Below, one piece after another: positions 61,173 through 64,000 of a stretch of DNA of 64,000 bases. Positions within the stretch are counted from its first letter, which is position 1; the number at the start of each line of letters is the position of its first letter. A program made the position numbers and the translations under genes. Source of the stretch: an uncultured Thermoleophilia bacterium (GTDB lineage: Bacteria; Actinomycetota; Thermoleophilia; UBA2241); the NCBI GenBank assembly GCA_963702475.1, contig CAVPCT010000005.1, positions 416,001 to 480,000 on the forward strand. Direction: 5' to 3'. The notes beneath the pieces are model-generated. The model saw only the letters and a program-made list of their open reading frames with translations, had not been told where the DNA came from and made no database searches.

Positions 61173-61323
61173 GGAGGCGGAGCAGTCTCGCTGGCCCATT
61201 GGGAGCGGGCTGTGACCGTGCCCTCCACTGCTCGGGCGCAAACTGCAGGATTTGTCACCAGACTACCGGGGGGAAGCACTCTACGATCGTTGAGTCTTCG
61301 CCGCGGTCACGCGCATGAGGGAG

Positions 61324-61479
61324 ATGTTGAAGTTGTCATATCTGCGCGGTCATCCGCGCGTCGTCGTTCAACCCTATGTCCGCGAACGAAGCCGGCTGCA
61401 GAGTGAGGAGGCGTGGATTGTCGCCTGCGCGCACTTGAATGACCTCCTCACCGGCGCAGACCCAGACGACGGCGAGTAG
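61324..61479 (+). CDS. Possible 51-aa ORF
   Basis: TACGAT -10 at 61282 and GAGGGAG before ATG; MLKLSYLRGHPRVVVQPYV...DGE*. Confidence 0.25.
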   Translation: MLKLSYLRGHPRVVVQPYVRERSRLQSEEAWIVACAHLNDLLTGADPDDGE

Positions 61480-61572
61480 GAGCTCCACCTACGGCACGCG
61501 CGGTGTCTCGTAGCGCTCGTGGCGGGACGAACTCAACGGCACCGCTCGCGCGACGACGACCGGTCCCTCGGA

Positions 61573-62682
61573 TCAACTGGCCAGCAGCTCGGCAATTCTG
61601 CCGGGGTCGGCGGGCTCGAAGGCATCGCGCGCAACCCATAGTCGCGCGGCTTGAGGGACGCGGAGGTAGACGGCACGGGCTACGCTCAGCGTGCGCTCTG
61701 GGTGCGTATCCCACTTGAGCGCAGTGGCGGCGGCCTGCATCGCTTGCCCGGTCTCCGTGCCGCCATCGAAACGTGCTAGCCAAGCCTCGAGGTGGCGAGT
61801 CGCAGCCAGGAAGTCGCGTTTGCTGGCGTTGCAGCCGGGGTGCGCCGCTACGAGGTTCTCAAGGCCGTTGTCTGGCCAGCGGGCCCAGGGCACGAAGTGG
61901 TCCACATCGGCGGCGGCGCGCAACTTGCTGCCGCAGTAGAAGCAGCGTCCCGACTGCATGTCTCGCAGCACCGGTCGTACCGCTGCCAACGACACGCGCT
62001 CCACACCGAAGAGGAATTCGGGCAACCCAGCGTCACTGACCATCTGTCGATTGAAGCGCAGGATGCGGTTCGTCCACTTGATCTCGATGAGCGGTCGCAT
62101 GAGGCCGCTGAGCTGGACGAGGTACTCGGCGGCGCGACCGACGAAGTGAATGTGGGCGTCGAACCCCGGCGCGCGCACCTCCGAACGGGTGATGCCCTTC
62201 GCCCAGCCGATCTGGTAGATGAAGGGGTCGTGGACGCCGCCCATCACCTGCAGGCGCGGCAACGGCATCTCGATGAGCTTCCACTCGACCGTGTCGAGGA
62301 GGCGGGCGAACTGCAGCGGGGCTCCTGCCCGAGCCTCCGGCAGCGGCGATGAAGGGTCGGGCGCGTGCCTCTCGCGGAAGGCCCGGATGGCCGTGACGAT
62401 CTCGGCCCGGCCCGATGAGTTCTGGCGCAAGAGGGCGGCCCCGGCGAGTCCGACGTAGAGATTGGTCTGTGGCCAGTAGAGCTCGGTCACGCGGCGCGCG
62501 AGGTCGGCTGTGGCGAGCGACTGCGGAGGGGCACCCGTGGCGGTAGTGCCCTCTAGGCGGGAATCGAGGATCGCGAGCAGCAGCGCGAACTTGTACGTGG
62601 CCGTGAAGGTGCCCTCATCGAGCAGCGCGATGAGGCGTTCGGCGAAGCCGACAGCGCCGCGCTCAGGCTCAGCCGCAGGCAT
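61573..62682 (-). CDS. HNH endonuclease with TYKFALL N-terminal domain
   Basis: CFYCG...VDHFVPW...NLVAAHPGCNASKRD. Confidence 0.9.
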   Translation of the reverse strand: MPAAEPERGAVGFAERLIALLDEGTFTATYKFALLLAILDSRLEGTTATGAPPQSLATADLARRVTELYWPQTNLYVGLAGAALLRQNSSGRAEIVTAIRAFRERHAPDPSSPLPEARAGAPLQFARLLDTVEWKLIEMPLPRLQVMGGVHDPFIYQIGWAKGITRSEVRAPGFDAHIHFVGRAAEYLVQLSGLMRPLIEIKWTNRILRFNRQMVSDAGLPEFLFGVERVSLAAVRPVLRDMQSGRCFYCGSKLRAAADVDHFVPWARWPDNGLENLVAAHPGCNASKRDFLAATRHLEAWLARFDGGTETGQAMQAAATALKWDTHPERTLSVARAVYLRVPQAARLWVARDAFEPADPGRIAELLAS

Positions 62683-62721
62683 ATTCGCAGACTCGCCATG
62701 AATGAGCAGCTCCCCCACCGG

Positions 62722-63096
62722 TCAGTAGGTTCCCTTGCCTGGGAAGAGGTGGCGCATGCCGCCGCGCGGGTTCTCCATGTCGCCTCTCCTGCGTGGGATG
62801 AGGTGGAAGTGGCAGTGGAAGATGGTCTGCCCTGCCGCTTCGCCAACGTTCACTCCGATGTTGAAGCCCTCCACAGCGGCGTCGTCTGCCATGATCAGCT
62901 CGCGCGCGCGACGAAGTAGATCGTCGCAGGCGACGAGCTCATCTGCGGTGAGCGAGAAGTAGTCGCGCACGTGCCGGCGAGGGATGACCAGGGCGTGCAG
63001 GCGGGTGACCGGATAGGAGTCCCAGACCGCATAGGCGAGGTCGCCATCCAGGAACACCCGCTCGCCATCGGGCCGGCAGAAGACGCACTCACTCAT
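62722..63096 (-). CDS. HIT-family nucleotide hydrolase
   Basis: CVFC, YPVTRLHALVIPRRHV, GFNIGVN...AGQTIFHCHFHLIPRR. Confidence 0.92.
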   Translation of the reverse strand: MSECVFCRPDGERVFLDGDLAYAVWDSYPVTRLHALVIPRRHVRDYFSLTADELVACDDLLRRARELIMADDAAVEGFNIGVNVGEAAGQTIFHCHFHLIPRRRGDMENPRGGMRHLFPGKGTY

Positions 63097-63155
63097 CCGG
63101 ATGCACCTTCACTGCTCGACGGTAAGCATTCATCACTCGTGAAGCCTTCGAAGAC

Positions 63156-63208
63156 CCCCTGACCTCCGCCGTGCAAAGGCGGCGCTCTCCCAACTGAGCT
63201 AGCGGCCC
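63156..63208 (-). tRNA. 5' portion (positions 1-53) of tRNA-Ala(TGC), broken at the T-stem/T-loop border
   Basis: GGGCCGC TA GCTC AGTTGGGA GAGC G CCGCC TTTGCAC GGCGG AGGTC AGGGG, then unrelated sequence; TATACT -10 upstream. Confidence 0.9.
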
Positions 63209-63332
63209 ACGAGGGGGACGAGTATACCCGGAGAAGCCGAGGAAGCCGGACCGGCTTGTGAATCCACGCGTGTCTCGGTTGCGGCATGGTTGCAGCACTC
63301 CACGGACTCGCTCGGCAGCGTGGCGTACCCGT

Positions 63333-64000
63333 TCACTTCACCCAGAGTCTCCACATGTCGACCACGTACAGCATGTTCGGGGTGAAGCCGCCCAGGCGCG
63401 AGCTGAGCAGGCGGAAGTCCGCGAACGCGAACAGAGGGATGACCGGCACGTCCGCGGCGATCTCATGCGCTGCCCTGCGGCTGAGCTCGAGGCGCCGGGC
63501 TTCGTCAGGCGTGGACCGCGCCAGCGTGAGAAGCCGATCCACGTCCGGGTTCGAGTACGCCGTCCCGCTCGTGAAAGGCGCCTGCGAGCTCTCGTACATC
63601 TCGTAGAGGAAGCCGTCGTAGGAGTTGGCGCCCCAACTGGAGAGGCACAGTTGTGGGGCATCGCCCTTCTGGTACATGGCGACGTAGCGCGTCCCACGAG
63701 ACCACGCGCACCGTGAGCCTGATGCCGGCGGCGGCGCACGCCCGCTTCAGCAACTGGGCGACGGACCTGCCCAGGCGGTCGTCGCCGCAGGTGAGAGTCA
63801 GCTCGGGGCTGCTCGCGGATCCGTACAGCTGCCGGGCCCGCGCAGGGTCGTAGGCCTGCGACGGCTGCTCGTCCTTCCAGCCCGGGAAGATGGGCGGCAC
63901 GAGGCCGGTCTGGGGGATGTACACGCCGTCGCTGACCACGGCCACGAGGGAAGCTCTGTCGATCGCAGCGTCGATCGCCTGCCGCACCGGCAGACCGGCG
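63333..64000 (-). CDS. Family 5 (peptide/nickel) ABC substrate-binding protein, 3' part, apparent frameshift near 63687
   Basis: RQAIDAAIDR...YDPARARQL in one frame; YSNPDVDRLL...DVPVIPL in the next. Confidence 0.8.

Overview
A very GC-rich bacterial chromosomal segment, most likely Actinomycetota. The pknB-pbpA-rodA-pstP-fhaB-fhaA-tRNA-Leu(CAG) block is an actinobacterial hallmark; a Thermoleophilia-like anaerobe is my inference. It carries a Ser/Thr kinase and cell-wall cluster, pheA, serS, glnA and tadA, six intact tRNAs (Leu-CAG, all four Ser isoacceptors, Arg-ACG), a full CODH/acetyl-CoA synthase operon (HMA-like, cooS/acsA, acsB, acsD, acsC, acsV, acsF/cooC, acsE) and an ADP-forming acyl-CoA synthetase. 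Four tRNAs are followed by decayed accessory DNA: an att-like repeat, gene fragments, a truncated tyrosine integrase and a HIT-HNH pair. The most striking signal is a tRNA-Ala(UGC) gene split in two. Its 5' 53 nt lie on the minus strand at 63156-63208 and its 3' end with CCA lies on the plus strand at 45944-45975. The halves share a 9-bp inverted core, and inverting the 17.2-kb segment between them rebuilds an exact 76-nt tRNA-Ala. Several single-base insertions in conserved genes (pknB, acsV, an ABC binding protein) look like consensus errors, so structural oddities need read-level confirmation.
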